Assembly: GCA_951804945.1 (NCBI GenBank)
Contig: OX638150.1
Location: forward strand, 56,172,001-56,236,000
Length of the DNA: 64,000 nt
Reading direction: 5' to 3'
DNA from: Podarcis cretensis
Lineage: Eukaryota
Shown here: in pieces, positions 11,822 through 25,675 of the stretch
Position numbering within the stretch: the stretch's first letter is position 1
Layout of the letters: every line of letters starts with the position of its first letter
Notes under the pieces: generated by a model
Databases searched by the model: none
Told to the model about the DNA's origin: nothing
What the model saw: the letters and a program-made list of their open reading frames with translations, nothing else
Position numbers and translations under genes: made by a program

Positions 11822-12885
11822 GTATGTGAGAAAACCTGAAACTCAGCCAATTGCCCCTGTCTAATGCCTATATTCTGTGATAAATGATGTAGCTTGGCTA
11901 ATGAACTAGACATGCATGTTGTCGGCTGCAGTGCTAATTATGGACATGGAGAAGTAAGTGTCTGTGGGACCTACTTTCCAATTTGGGATTTACTTAATTC
12001 TAGTAGCCTTTTAATATTATGCATAGTGTGTTCTATTCCAGTTTATTTATTTTTTGTTCCATTTACTCTACCTCTTCCTGTCTTTAGTGGTAAGCACAGG
12101 TGTATCACTTGACAGATAACGTGAGATGGTTTTATTAGACGTAGCTGTCAAAACCAAGGGATAGAAGGAAAAAACGTTTCCCTACAGAGTTTCAACTGCA
12201 AAACTGTGCTTCCTAGCCTGCAGTAGTTTCTCATACTAAGATATATCCAATATTTTAATTTCCAAGTCTCTCTGAAAACCATAGGCCTCTTGAACTTGTA
12301 AGTGGCCCTCTGCTATATATCTGCTGATTATTGGATTCTCTAGAAACAAACAGATAAACACTGACAAAATAAACTCCAATGTACTTTGGAAAACTGGGAT
12401 CTTCCCATTTATAGTAACTGCTCTTGGCTGTTTCACACAGCTCTTCTTTTGTGCTGAAGGAAATACAGAATTCAACTAATGATAAACTACTTTTTTTAAT
12501 GCTGCCATTTTTTTACAAAATAATGTAATTTTAAGAACTTTGTGGAGGCTTCAAAATAACGCCCCCTGCTCGCAGCTTAGAGGCTGCAGGCCTCTTTTGC
12601 TTCTGGGTGGAATAAACCAGTTTCCCATTCTGGCAGATGCAGAAACTGAAAGCAAAATCTTCCACTCTTATCCCTGGGTGCTTGAAATATAGGAGTAGCA
12701 TATGGGCCCAAGCCTTATTGCAGCTCATCCATATAGCAGGAAACCATAGCCTTGCTATTCCCTCAAGTGGGACTGAGCCTAGAACCCAGTCAGGGAGATC
12801 ATTGATTATATGAATCTTTTTGTTAAAATAATGTTTTGTTGATAGTGGCACATCTACAGAATTCAAAACTAGGAATGGTTTTGAT

Positions 12886-13060
12886 CAGTGCTTTGTTTCT
12901 GCAGGGACGCAGGGGTATGCATACCCCTAAACATTTTGTGAATCTTTGTACTTTTGTCCATTTACTGTATTTATTTTTCCAGATTTGAACTATAAAATGG
13001 TGATTTTCTTGAGTCAAAATGAGAGTACCCCTAAACATTTTTTAAAGAAAAAAAGCACTG
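12886..13060. mobile_element. hAT-type MITE
   Basis: TIRs CAGTGCTTT...AAAGCACTG; perfect 8-bp TSD GTTTTGAT (12878-12885, 13061-13068). Confidence 0.88.
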
Positions 13061-13365
13061 GTTTTGATAATTGTTGGGGACTAATGCTCACCTAACGCTT
13101 AATTTTAATATTCATGGTAACTTGTATACCAATGTGAAACTCCCATATTCCTTGCTTTTGTTTTCAGCTACTTTAAATAGCAGCCAAACATCTATAAAGA
13201 GAGAACCAAGCTCCCCCCACCCCGCAAATCCTTTCTATACAAAATAAGAAAAAAAATTGTTTTTCATCCTAAGAATATTTTAGGAAACACATGAATGCTG
13301 TTCTATGATTGAGATTGCTTTACAAGGCTTTGCTAGTCACAGAATCGCGCAGTGTCATTGAATAA

Positions 13366-13683
<318 letters not shown>

Positions 13684-15530
13684 GACTCTGGTGTTGATGA
13701 ACGATTAGCATCTAAAATGCTTAATGGCCAAACGAAACTAACAGGTCAATTTTTACAATTGATTTATTTTTTTTTGGTGTGTTTTACATAGTAGTTGATA
13801 GGACATAAACCGTTAAATGGCAAGTAACGCTTATTGAAAGAGTATTTTTGTGGATTATTGTTTAATAGGAAATGCTACTTTTTTTCCTTAGTTTTGAAAG
13901 AAATCTATCAAATGTTTATATGAACTAAGGTCCAGTCACCCTGATGTTTACATGCCAGCAAGCAAAACACATTTATTTGAACCATCCTGTTATGTTATAA
14001 GCAATCAATGTCCATACCAATGTACTTCATGTGAAAAGCAAGATAGGAAGATAAAGGGTGCAAAGTTTTATTTCAGTTGGCTGATATGTCAAAGCCATAT
14101 TCAATCTCCACTAACAGTTAAAGGGGGTTGGTGGGTGATACTGCCTTCAGCACAAGTGAAACAGATCTCCCCTTTCTGCCAGTAGCTGCTCAAATATTTG
14201 TTGCAATATCATATTGCTGAATTTTGGAGATCAGGACCATACATTCATGCCAGTCCAGTGGGGTTGCTTCAGCCTGTTGAAAGAGGCTTCTGTGCATAGA
14301 CTGCCCTTCTGAATGTGGTCCTGCATATGCAAAATGATATGCAGTGACCCTAACATGGTAGTGGGAATCACACATGGTACTACACTTAAGGATCTCCGCC
14401 CCCCAAAGGGGTTGGTTCATATTCTCAGTATAGAAAAGTCGCAGTCACTCCATCTGGGTTAGAGGGTAAATGATTTCCAGAAATCTCTCTGCTCCTCCAA
14501 GTAAACAGCACTGTCAAATGTTAACAATGCCTACCATCTGTTTATCAGTGGAGATCCTTCCATGCAACTACATACATGCCTCTCTCCAGCATGTACCACA
14601 ATTTCTGGACCAGGGTCAAATGCTTTAATTTTTTTAACAAGACCCGTTCAGAGCTTAAAGGCCATCCCTTAAGCTGCATTTGCACTGCACATGGAGAGTA
14701 GTGTTAACTGTTGCAACTGAAGTGTTTCATCTTTGTGCCTTTTCATAAAATTAAATGTTCCCCAATGAGGGTGTTAAAAAGAGGAGAGTTTTAAGTCTTC
14801 ATTTTATCTTCCATAATCTAATTTGGGAGGCTAGAGAAATTGTAATAACATACAAATGTTGTATTTTCAATGAGGAAAAAAGAAAAAAAACATTTATTTT
14901 CATTGGAGCCCGATTTTAAAAAAAGAAAGTATCTTTAAATATTTCCCCTTGTGCTATTTTTGCATAGTAATTCTTAACTGTAAGATAAATTTGATTTATT
15001 TTGGTCATATAGCAACTTTCATTGTATTCTAATTTACAATCACTTATTTAGAATTATTTCTTTTTTGTATAGCACAAGTTATATATAATTGTATGAACTT
15101 TGAAATGGAGGGTACATAATAGCAAAAATCATATTGCAGTACATTTCTTGCTAGTTACAGAAGTGAACTAACTTGCTATTGTGATAAATTTTAGCAATTG
15201 GCAGTAGTCACTTAATTTGTGATACAGTCTCCTTTTAGTTTCTTATTGATGGGAGTCTTTTTAAGAGGGAACATGTGGGGGAAGATCTTAAATATCCTAG
15301 TCTAGTTAAAATATGAATTAACTATTGAACTATTTTTTATATTTTTATGAAAATGTAGTGTGTAGAATGCCTTTTGAATACAAATGTTCTATTTAAATGT
15401 TTATGTAAGTTGTGCATTTTAGTCTGTAACCATTTCTATGTTTTGCAGAACTCAGATACTGTAATTCTAAAAGTACAAGAAAACTATTTGAAAGTCATGC
15501 TAAAGAATGTATCATTTAAGAGGAAAGATT

Positions 15531-15554
15531 AATAAATTATTAAATGCAAATAAA
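15531..15554 (+). terminator. Probable ZCCHC10 poly(A) signals (two AATAAA)
   Basis: AATAAA at 15531 and 15549 followed by T/GT-rich sequence, ending about 1.9 kb of AU-rich 3'UTR-like sequence. Confidence 0.5.
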
Positions 15555-15599
15555 TGGCTTTATTGTTTATTTTAACAGAATGCAGATTCAGTGCCAATA

Positions 15600-15841
15600 C
15601 AGTGGTAACTTGGTTGTTGAACTGAATCCGTTCCGGGAGTTCGTTCAACTCCTGGAACCATTTGAAAACCATGGCGCGGCTTCCGATTGGCTTCCTGCAC
15701 TCAATAGGAAGCCGCAGAAGCTGCGTTGGACATTCGGCTTCTAAAAAACATTCACAAACCAGAACACTCACTTCCAGGTTTGCGGCATTCGGGAGCCGAT
15801 TTGTTTGGGAGCCAAGCCGTTTGACAACCAATGTACCACTG
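15600..15841. mobile_element. Tc1/mariner-type MITE
   Basis: TA|CAGTGGTA.CTTGGTTG ... CAACCAATGTACCACTG|TA. Confidence 0.82.
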
Positions 15842-18800
15842 TATTGCAGTTGGTTTCCTTAGCTGATTCTAGTCTTAAGGACCTGAAGCCATGGACAATA
15901 ATGAAGATAATATCTTAAGAGATGGTGGGGACCTACTGTTGGCTAATCACTTACAGAAGAGAATGAGAGGAGCAAGAGTGGTATGGAGATTATATCGAGG
16001 AGACTCATTACAGTTATTCTATGGCTGCTTGCTCTAATGGTTTTTATGCAATATGCTACTTAATATTAGTTCAAAGGCAATTGAGTAGCTGCAATACAGC
16101 AGCATTAGGGCTTTTGCTTCATGCCATGTTTGTGGACTTCACAGAGATGTCTGGTGGTCCACGGTGGGTACAGAATTCCAGGCTAATTGCGTTTTCGTCT
16201 GCTCCAGCCAAGGCTCTTGTCTCTTGTTTCATAAGCATGAGATCTTGCTAAGAAAACTCTCTAATGTGGAATGAAGAACAACAAAGATCTGGTAGGAGAA
16301 AAAAAGAATAGCTATCAAAACTGAAATGAAATGTAAACCTTAAGAAAACATTGATGAGAATGTATGGGTGAGATTGAAATGGGTAAGAGTCGTTAATGGC
16401 CTTGTTGGTGCCTGATGGCAAACCATAGTCAGAAACAAATTACGGCTTGCTGTGAATGAGCAGGGTGTGGTTCATGCTGCTTAATCGCACTCGTTCTGCC
16501 CTGCTTCCTCTGGAAGAAAACCATGGCAATTGGTTTAGTGTTACATGTAGACTAGCACTTGTGGTTTGTAGCACTCCAAACAAACATGACTTCTGCTCAT
16601 GGTTTGGAGAGAACCAAGCTGTGAGTGGTGCTTTGCATGTAATGCTAAGCCAAGTTCACGGTCCTTCTCCTGGAAGCAGGCAAGACAGATTAAGTGAAAC
16701 CAAGCACCATGCACCATACCTTCATTCCCAGTAAGCCATCGTTTGCTTCTAACTGTTGTTTACCACTGCATGCAAACTAGTTAGCTCATTAAGGTATTTA
16801 TTGATTGAGCATGTTACCATCTTAGATTAGGGGCCAATCTACATGTTTTCTTTAAAAAAGCACAAGACAGAGTCTTTCTGATAATGTATCATAGGGGAGG
16901 GGAACCTGTGTTTCAGGGCCAAATGTGGCTCTCCAGGCTTTGCTTTTGGCCCTTGGAACTTGCCATAGGCCACAGCTTTCACTAGCCCTACTTTGTCCCC
17001 TCCTGGAGTGTGCTTTTGCCTGACTGGAATATGTCCTTGAACTCTGGTGATGCCTCTTGCTTGCCTAATGGAGGACAGAGCAGTGTGTGTGTGTGTTTAG
17101 AAACTAGCCTACTGTACAAAGGCAAAAGGTACATCCATTGATTCGCCCACTTTTGCTTCTGGCCCCAGTCAAAAGGTGCACCACCCCTTCTCTACCACGC
17201 CAGATTACATTTTGGGGTGGTATATTGCTGGTCTTCTAGTAGTTTGCTGTTTATCGAAAACTATGTCGTGGAAAAAGAGCCTAGTCTAGTATTTTCTGGT
17301 GGACAATGATTTCTACATGACAAACCATTCAGTCATGCTTCATTTTGAACTGCTACTGCCTGGAGATGATGGTACTATATGCTTTTCCCAAATGTATAGG
17401 TCAGTTTTAAGTGGCTTATTCAGGTTTCATGCCGACTTTGTCAGTGTAATCAAACCTGCTGCAAATTATCCCAGTGAAGATTAGGCATCAACCACACAGT
17501 TAAATGTGAAGCATGAAAGTGTTTTAACTAACCCTTTTCCTCAAGGTAATGCACAAGTATGCCTGGGCTGCAAATGGGAGAGATTCTCACAAATCTGATT
17601 TTCCTGCCTAAACAGATAAACATACATCATTGTAATGGTAATGTTGATGCGGCCTTTCCTGCTTATGTGCGAAAGAGACTTCCAGCTATTCATGTTACCT
17701 AAAATATATATTCCTTACCAGATAGATTACCTCATATGGGTTTCAACAATGTTTGCTGAAGACATAGAAACTCTGGAGCAGGTATCTTTCAAATGTCAAA
17801 AAAAGTGAATTTTTTAGAAACAGATTTAATTTGAGAAATTTATCTAAAACCTAAAATAAATTTGTTCAAGGACATGGAATTGGTTATCTTTCTTTTCAAC
17901 AGCAGCAAAACCAGCTATAATTATAACCGGAAAATGCTGGATCTTCCCCGTTATGGATTGGTTGTTAAGAGACAAGGGACATGGTTTGCATGGAAAAATT
18001 GACAAACTTTGTGAGTAAAGGCACATAGGTTGCTAAGAGCTTTATTGAAAAGTGAAGTATGTAATATTTTGGAACGACAAAGTGCAAAAAAATCTACAAC
18101 CATAGATTTGGGGCAATATTAAAGGACACTCCTTTATGATGTTTTAATTATCTGTGAATGAAGTCCTGCGTACTTAAGTTGACCATGTTAAAGAGATATT
18201 GTTAATTGAACATTAATTTATTCAACCTTACTCATTCCACTGAGAAAATGAATAGACTTTATTTGATGAATAGATCTTATTGCACTGATTTTATGGGTTA
18301 TTGATAGCCATTTGGAGACTTGGAGGAATTTATTTTAGTGTTCAACACTGAGCATCATACAGCTTCACAGACACTTTGAAGAATGTACACTGGAATGTAC
18401 CGTAGAGGCTTTCCTTCTCGTGAAGTCTTCTGTGGCATGGTTTGTATGTTTTTATTCTTAGAATATGTATTCAGAACCCTTTTAAACATGCCTCTTGATT
18501 TGTTAAAGTCATTACAGAGTGGTTTAAAATTACTTGAACTGGACCTTGTTTTTGAACCTTCTATTGTTGTTTTTCAGCCTGGGAATGAGTTATATATCAT
18601 ACAAAGAATTTGAACTGGTTTCAATAATTAATTACAGGAGAGGACAAAGAACATCAAAGGGGGGAAAATGAAAGCAATCCATAAGCTGGTGTTGTTGTCT
18701 CTGTCAAGGGCAATTAATATCCTAATCTAACCTAGGGCAGTTGAGACCAGCGCATGGTATGCACAGATGTTGACAGAATGTGGAGTCCTGTTAACCCATT

Positions 18801-19364
18801 TGGGGTCTCTATCAAGCTCTGTCTTGCTATCACTAACAGCAGGGGGTCATTTGAATACCAGGCTCTTTAGAGAAAGGGGGTGGATTCCACGCTGTGAATC
18901 AAAGTGACATTGTCTTCTCCTTGTATTTAGCATCTCTATTGTTATAAAACATGTTCTGCTGCATGAAAAGATTCTTTTACTTCTTGAATTATGTACATAT
19001 TTGGTTGATTCCCCTCATCTGAAATAAATATAACAACTGGTGTAATTTGTTTTCTATATACCACAAGAAAAGCAATTTTGTGTGTGCAGATATTTTCCTA
19101 TGTCTACCAACTGTTTGTGGTCGCTATATTTCCAGTAGCTAGAGTTTCAGAGAAATGTGGGCATTAAATGGGAACCATGTGGTAGGGAGTAAAAAATCAC
19201 TTCCTGCTTTTAGAACATTAATTGATGAAGCCCTTCTGACAAACATATTCAGTCTTTGGAATTGTGATAAAATATAGAAGCAGCAGTCTCTGTTGAAGAA
19301 AGTTTTATTTCTTATGGACATTCATAGAGGGAAAATGTAGAATACCATCCTCTGTTGTTTACAT

Positions 19365-19688
19365 AAAGGTAAAGGGACCCCTGACCATTAGGTCCAGTCG
19401 TGACCGACTCTGGGGTTGCGGCACTCATCTCACTTTATTGGCCAAGGGAGCCGGCGTACAGCTTCTGGGTCATGTGGCCAGCAGGACTAAGCCGCTTCTG
19501 GCGAACCAGAGCAGCGCACGGAATGCTGTTTACCTTACCGCCAGAAGGTAAACTTTGACATGCTTTCGAACTGCTAGGTTGGCAGGAGCAGGGACCGAGC
19601 AACGGGAGCTCACCCCGTTGCAGGGATTCGAACCACCGACTTTCTGATCAGCAAGTCCTAGGCTCTGTGGTTTAACCCACCCGCGTCC
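19365..19688 (-). mobile_element. Sauria SINE (lacertid type), near full length
   Basis: Minus strand has a tRNA-like head with B-box GGTTCGAATCC and an (ACCTTT)n tail; possible TSD ACATA. Confidence 0.9.
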
Positions 19689-21137
19689 ACATAGAGACAC
19701 TTTATTGATTGCCAAGTATACTTGCTATATTAGATATATCTCGCCTACTGGGGCGGGGAGGGGTGGTAATGCTGAAGGAAATAGGCTTACATTCTTGAAA
19801 GTAGCTGGCAAAAGAGAAACAGAATTCTGCAGTTGGCTGACAAAGAGGACATTGGCAGAGTTCAAAGAAGTACAGTATGCTGTTTCTTTTGAGAAAACCA
19901 ATTCTGCTTTACAAGCTAGTGCTAGGTGTCCAGTCCACCCCAATGTGTATTTTCAGGCAGATATTGTGGAAACAACATCTTCTCCATAAGGCTATCACAA
20001 GGAAACAGATATTGTAAAAAGCTGTCCCTAAACTAAGTTTGTGTGTTTGTGTGTGTAGTACAGAACAATAAATTATCTGTGTTGTTTTGCTCTTATCTGC
20101 CTGTTTGCATTTACTGAATGTTATCAAATTATTCTGGTTTATTATAGATTTCTAGTCACCACCTCTGGATTTATTCTAGTGTGTTAGTGGACTCTTAATG
20201 TGACCACACACTACCTCTCTTTTTTGAGGCATTTGAGTCTGATAATAGGCAGCATGGTGAGGCAACTGTCCTTTTAGGTCTATGAACAGAAGGAGGATCT
20301 TGTTATTCCTGTCCATCCTGTCAGTGCACTGCATGCAAAGTGTCCTCTCTTCAGAAATGGTTTTAGAGCACCCAGAAACGAAGAGATAAACCCATGTTTA
20401 CTTCTGTTCTTTAAGCTGGATATTGTTACCAACTTTCTCTTTCTTGAGATTTGAGCCCGTTGCACCTATAAAATGTTGTCGAGGGGCTCTCTCTTTGGAA
20501 GGAATTGTCAGCAGCAGCGAGGAGTGTTTCCCCCCCTGTCAGAACCTGCAATTATATTATTCGTAAACTTAGTAAGGGTACAATACTTGGTAACATATGA
20601 AGGCTTTAGATAGCTTTCTTGGCTAATAATATGCGTTACCTGGGTGGATAAAATCACTTTAAAAAACCACAATTTAAGTTAGTGGGCGCCTGTCGGTCGG
20701 ATCTCAACAGGAATGCCGTTTCTCAAAACGGGGGCAGGCAAATGACTGCGGAGAACGACGAGGAGGCTACTGATATTGCAGGGGATCTGAAGGAGAAGCC
20801 CTCCCGCAGAAAGCAGTGACCTCCTTGGGTATTTGCGTGGAAGAATTGCGCACCATACCCGATTTGAATCCATTCCTCAATGGCGGCTAGGCATGCGTTT
20901 AACCCCCTTAACTCGCCCCTTGAGCTTTGCAGGACTCCATCCCTCGGATGCTCCGAGGGGGTCTCCCAGACTCCTATGCAAACCCAGACCCTACTTCGCC
21001 GCATCCGCCCGGATCGACCACAGCACAGGCGCCCACGTTGCTGCTCCGACTTTCCCCTGTAGAGGGCGCGGGAGAGCAACGGTTTTTTGTAATCATCGAC
21101 TTCAAAAAAAGAAAAAAAGAAAATGAAGAGATCCCTG

Positions 21138-21239
21138 GTCACGTGACGTGCCCGAATCCTCCTGCGCTTCCTTTCTGGGCGAGGGCGGTGCTCGCCTTCT
21201 CCTGGCGGTGTTGGCTGCTTTCCGCCGGGGGTCACGTGG
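21138..21239. promoter_or_regulatory. Two extended E-boxes: GTCACGTGAC (21138-21147) and GTCACGTGG (21231-21239)
   Basis: Exact matches to USF / MiT-TFE (CLEAR) consensus inside the CpG island. Confidence 0.6.
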
Positions 21240-21349
21240 TGAGGCCTTAGGCCCCTCCTCTCAGCTGCTGGGCTTTGGAGCGGTGGGGCTGTGCTTGCCG
21301 CGGGGGCTGCTGGGTAATCCGACTCCAGAGAGGGAAAGAGAAGGAGGGA

Positions 21350-21370
21350 GGCGGCGGCGGCGGCGGCGGC
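21350..21370 (+). repeat. (GGC)7 trinucleotide repeat
   Basis: Direct reading. Confidence 0.9.
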
Positions 21371-21540
21371 AGAGACTGGCGTCGTCGGGGAGGCCCTGAC
21401 ATCGCCGCCCTCTCGCGTTTCAGCGCAGCCCCGGCTCGGCGGCCCCCAGACATGGAGCGGCGGGGGAGCCGGAGATGGAACTCCGCCTCCGCGCCTTTCT
21501 CTCCGCGGTGATCTCCCTCGGCCTGCCCCTCCTCTCGCCT

Positions 21541-21543
<3 letters not shown>

Positions 21544-21572
<29 letters not shown>

Positions 21573-21579
21573 TGCTGCT
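21544..21579 (+). repeat. (GCG)9(GCT)3 trinucleotide repeat in the AFF4 leader
   Basis: Direct reading. Confidence 0.95.
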
Positions 21580-24500
21580 ACTTCTTCTGGGGCCTTCCTG
21601 GCTCTCCTCACGCCCGCCCGGCGGTGGCGGCAACCGGGAAATGGTCGGGGTGTAGCGACGGAGCCCACGGAGGTGAGTGGCCGGGCGGCTCGGGGCGGAG
21701 CTGGCGCCGCTGTCGGTGGCACTTGGGCTGGGGCGAGGCAAGGTAAGGTAGGCCCCGCTTCACCCCCCCCCTCTCAGGTAGCGGGAAGAAGGAGCCCTCC
21801 CTGGGGGTGGGTGAGACGGCCCCTCCCTCCTCGCTGCCGAGGGCAGCAGGCTGTTATCACACCCCCGTCCCAGGCAACCCCCCCTCCCATAGAAAGCGTC
21901 GAAAGTCGCCTCAGGATGTATCTCCCCCGCTCTTTTCCTCTTCTTCCGGGAGGGGTGGTGGTGGTGGATGGGTAGGCATTTTCTGCTTCCGCTCCTCCCT
22001 CTCTACTTTGGAATGGGTTTCCTTTCTTCGCTTCTCCCACGCCCCGGATTCTCCCCGTCCTCCCTCCTTCGAAATTCAGGGGAGCTCCTCTCCCTTGGAT
22101 CCCTTTCCTAATCTGTCGCTTACTGCTCTCCGGACTTCATCCTTAAGCGAGGTATCCCCAGAATGACTGCTAGCATAGGGATAAGCACACCTGGTTACTA
22201 GCGCTTCTATTTCTCCCCCCCCCCCCCATATATATGCCGTATCACATAAATGCACACACGTGAGGGCTTCTGATGATACATTGTGTGTTCGAAGGATGGA
22301 AGCAGAGATGGGATGGCACTGCCTTTCTTTCCCAGAAGTGCCCGTAGCTTGAGATAAATGTGCATCTGAGCTTGTTCTTGGATGGTTTTGCTAACTAAAC
22401 CACCACCACCTCCTCTATTGCAATAGTTGGGTTTTAATCCCACTCACTCCAGTGATCAGTCAGCAGTTTGTTATATTGTTGAAATACTGAGTAGCTCTTA
22501 GGACAGATCAGGCAAAGCGATTGTAGTTCCGTAGATTGCTTTTTGAGTGAGTTTTCTGGCAGATCCTATCTGTCTATGTCAGCAGAAGTTCCTCTAAAAG
22601 TGATATGGGGATTTCACCATCTCTTTTGTTACTATACCCAAAGCTGCAGTAGTCTCACCATTTGAAGGAAGGACTGTATTGATCTCTGTTACTCCACACA
22701 GAATCTGAATTTGAAATGTCTTATCCAACGTAACACGGATAAGATACATCTTAACGGCATAACTATTATCTCTTTAACTGTAATACTGAGGGCAGGTTTA
22801 CATAATACTAGTTCTGTATTTGTGGGACATCCCAACTGTCCTTAACAATGAGTATTAACAAATATAACATGTGAATTGGGTAATTGTGAACAGAGCAGTC
22901 CTTCCGCAAAGGTCTACTATCACTGGAACTCCTGCTGGCACAGTTCATGTGTTGTGTTGATCTCAGTACTGTATGTACACCTGAGTAAGAACAATCATAA
23001 TTACTTGTGCAAAAATGTATTTGAACTGCTTGTGTATAAGTATGGAATGGTAGCTATAGTTTGGATGGGATCCAGAAAGCCTTGGATGATACAGCTCTGG
23101 GCCAACAGTGTTGATAGAAGAAGCTTTCAATTGTGTTGATCTCTTTCTAGGCAGGAATGAGATGTTAATGACTCATACTTAGTTCCTTATCATCTGTTGA
23201 AAGAGCTTGACTCTGAGAAATGTGAAAAAGAAACATTTTACAATTTACTATATTGCCTTAAGGAATCAGGACAGTATCCCTGCACTGTGATTTGAAATGT
23301 ATGGTGTTGAGAGTGAGAGGAACGAAAGTCATTCAGCAAAGAGTAGTGTTCCAAGGAAAATACTTCTCAGACAAGTATCACACTTCTTTCCTTTGTTTAT
23401 TACTGTGCCTGTTACCTTCAGCAAATGACTGTTGTTTATCAGGCTGATAATTTAATGGGGACATTTGGATTTAAATCTGTTGAATCCTATTGACGATAAT
23501 AGGATTAAGCTAGTTTAAATCTAAATACTTTGCTTTAAGTGACGGTGAGTTCATAACCTAAGCCCCACAATTTGTTTGGACTAAATTTTCTATATATCAC
23601 AAAATTAAGGCTAAAGAGCCTCTTAGCTTACTTTGTATGCACTTGACTATTACTATAGGATGTACCAGAACAGAAGTTTTACAAAGACTCCACCAATACT
23701 TATGAGATTACACTGTTTATTGTCAATAAAGTTATGATTTCCTCCTGACTTAAATATTGTCTCAAAGCTGCTGTAGCCACAAGTGGGGGCTGATTTCTGG
23801 TTTAAGCTCTTAAGCCCATATGTTTTCCTCTCTGCACATAATAGCCTCTAGATTGGAGCAAATTTAAATTTGGCCTTCAGCACAGGGGCAAAGGGTTGCA
23901 AGTCCAAATTGCCCCCCTCCTTAAAGATGTCATGGAACTCACGTGCCATATATAGGTTTATTTTTTTACCTGAATGGAACTTAAGTTTATTCACCCTCAT
24001 CTTCTTTAACACTGACCTCAGACGAATAGAGAGATGACACTGCTTCACCAGGAGTTGACAGTTTTCATCAGTATATTGATAGCCAGGTAAGGTAGCCAGC
24101 ACCAGTTGATATAAGTTTTCTGAGTAATTTTGAATTAGAAAACTATTTCTCCTCTCCTTAAGTATAATGTATGTGATTCTTAATTTGTAAAGTATATATG
24201 CTTTCTAGGGGAAATGACCGGTTAAGTTGTAGTTTAACTGGTATGCAGCAGGGAATCCATTTAATGAATTTATCCTCATCTTCAGTTCTAAACTGATGGT
24301 ATGGTGAACTAAAACCTGTCCTTAGATCTTTGTCAAATGCATTTTTTGGGAGACAGGGAGTTGTCTTGGTTAGGCTAAAACTTGGATGAAGGGTCTATAT
24401 ACTTCCTGACAGGAGATCCCTGCCAGTGCTTGTGTCTTGCTGTGTTCTCACTGTTTAGTTATTCTAAGGTAGATTGCAATCATTGTCATTTTAAAATACG

Positions 24501-25007
24501 TGACTTCCCAGTAGCAAGTGGCAAGCCCATGAAAGAGGTCAGTGAATAGACGTAGGCCTCCCTAGTCCAGTTGTAACATTTTATTTTCTGAAGCACCCTG
24601 GTTCTCATAATATTTCCTATAGAATGTACCCTGCCCTTTTATGATTGTTTGTCTGCGAGGCACTATATTCACTGATACTGTATAAATAATCAACAGTATT
24701 TATCTCTTCTGTTTAAAGAATCAGATGATCATAGTTTGAACATGCAACTGAAAATGAACTATATGCATAATCAACAGCTGTTTCTCATTTAGTAATGTTT
24801 GGAAATGCTAAGGACATGAACTGCCACTATTAAAGTGTTTAAATAATATCCTAATAAATACTAAACTAATACCAAATTTCTGAAATGAGCTTTGACCAGA
24901 AACCATGGTGCAGCAAATTTAGTGGCACTCTGCTGACAGTAAGACTTTCATCAGAGGCTAAGGGAGGAAAACCTCCCTCTGTATCCCCCCCCATGATTGC
25001 TCTAGAG

Positions 25008-25359
25008 CAGGGGCACCCAACTCCCAAGAGACTGCGATTCACTCACAGAATAAAAAACTGGCAGTGATCTACCCCGTTTTTGGGATGTTCAGGTCAAAGT
25101 TGTTGAGCTTCGTTTAGGGACAAAAATGTCAAAATTGAGGAAAGGGGAAAACTCACTCACCAAAAGATCGCTAAGAAAACAATCTGTCTCACAGCGAAAA
25201 GTCCATCTTCCATTACAGCTATCATGCGAAAATGGAGGACAGGCCGAGGGGGTGGGGCTGGATGCTCTGATGACCATGCAAAGGAAAAGGAGACCGAGAT
25301 CAACTGGAACCTTCCAGGGATCAAACAGTTGATCTCGATCGACCTGTTGGACACCCCTG
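25008..25359. mobile_element. hAT (Charlie-like) MITE
   Basis: TIRs CAGGGG..CCAAC / GTTGGACACCCCTG; perfect palindromic 8-bp TSD CTCTAGAG (25000-25007, 25360-25367). Confidence 0.88.
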
Positions 25360-25675
25360 CTCTAGAGGATCCTCCAGTCTGTCAAGCAAGCAACTGAGAG
25401 GGTCTGCCTTTGTAAATTACAAACTGCTTATTGACGAATCAATGGGTAATGCAAGAGGTCTTTGGGAGATGTGGAAAGGAGATCTAGGTATCAGCACTGT
25501 GAAACATGACAGGTTTGATAAGGTCTGGCCCTATTTTATAAGTTACATGAATAACTCACCTTCATCCACTGCACCATATGACAATGTGGAGTTACGTGGA
25601 TATGAAATTACCTGTTCATTGTGTTGCTTAGTGATCACTGTATTGTAACAGGAAAATATATTTTGCATTTGTATA

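Larger units (their letters stand above)
21340..21672 (+). other. AFF4: AFF4 non-coding exon 1 (5' boundary approximate)
   Basis: Consensus donor GAG|gtgagt at 21672/21673 within the CpG island; exon 2 has only 4 nt of UTR before the ATG. Confidence 0.75.
20680..22100 (+). promoter_or_regulatory. AFF4 CpG island / promoter
   Basis: Dense CpG, GC boxes, two CACGTG E-boxes and GGC repeats upstream of the AFF4 coding exons. Confidence 0.9.

Noticed and set aside
19600-19688. tRNA-like boxes
   Set aside because: SINE head, not a tRNA gene; the same applies at about 62775.
20723-22166. Many overlapping long ORFs on both strands (e.g. 170 aa, 164 aa)
   Set aside because: Expected from stop-codon scarcity in a CpG island with GGC repeats; only ATG-started ORFs within exon 1 were kept as uORFs.
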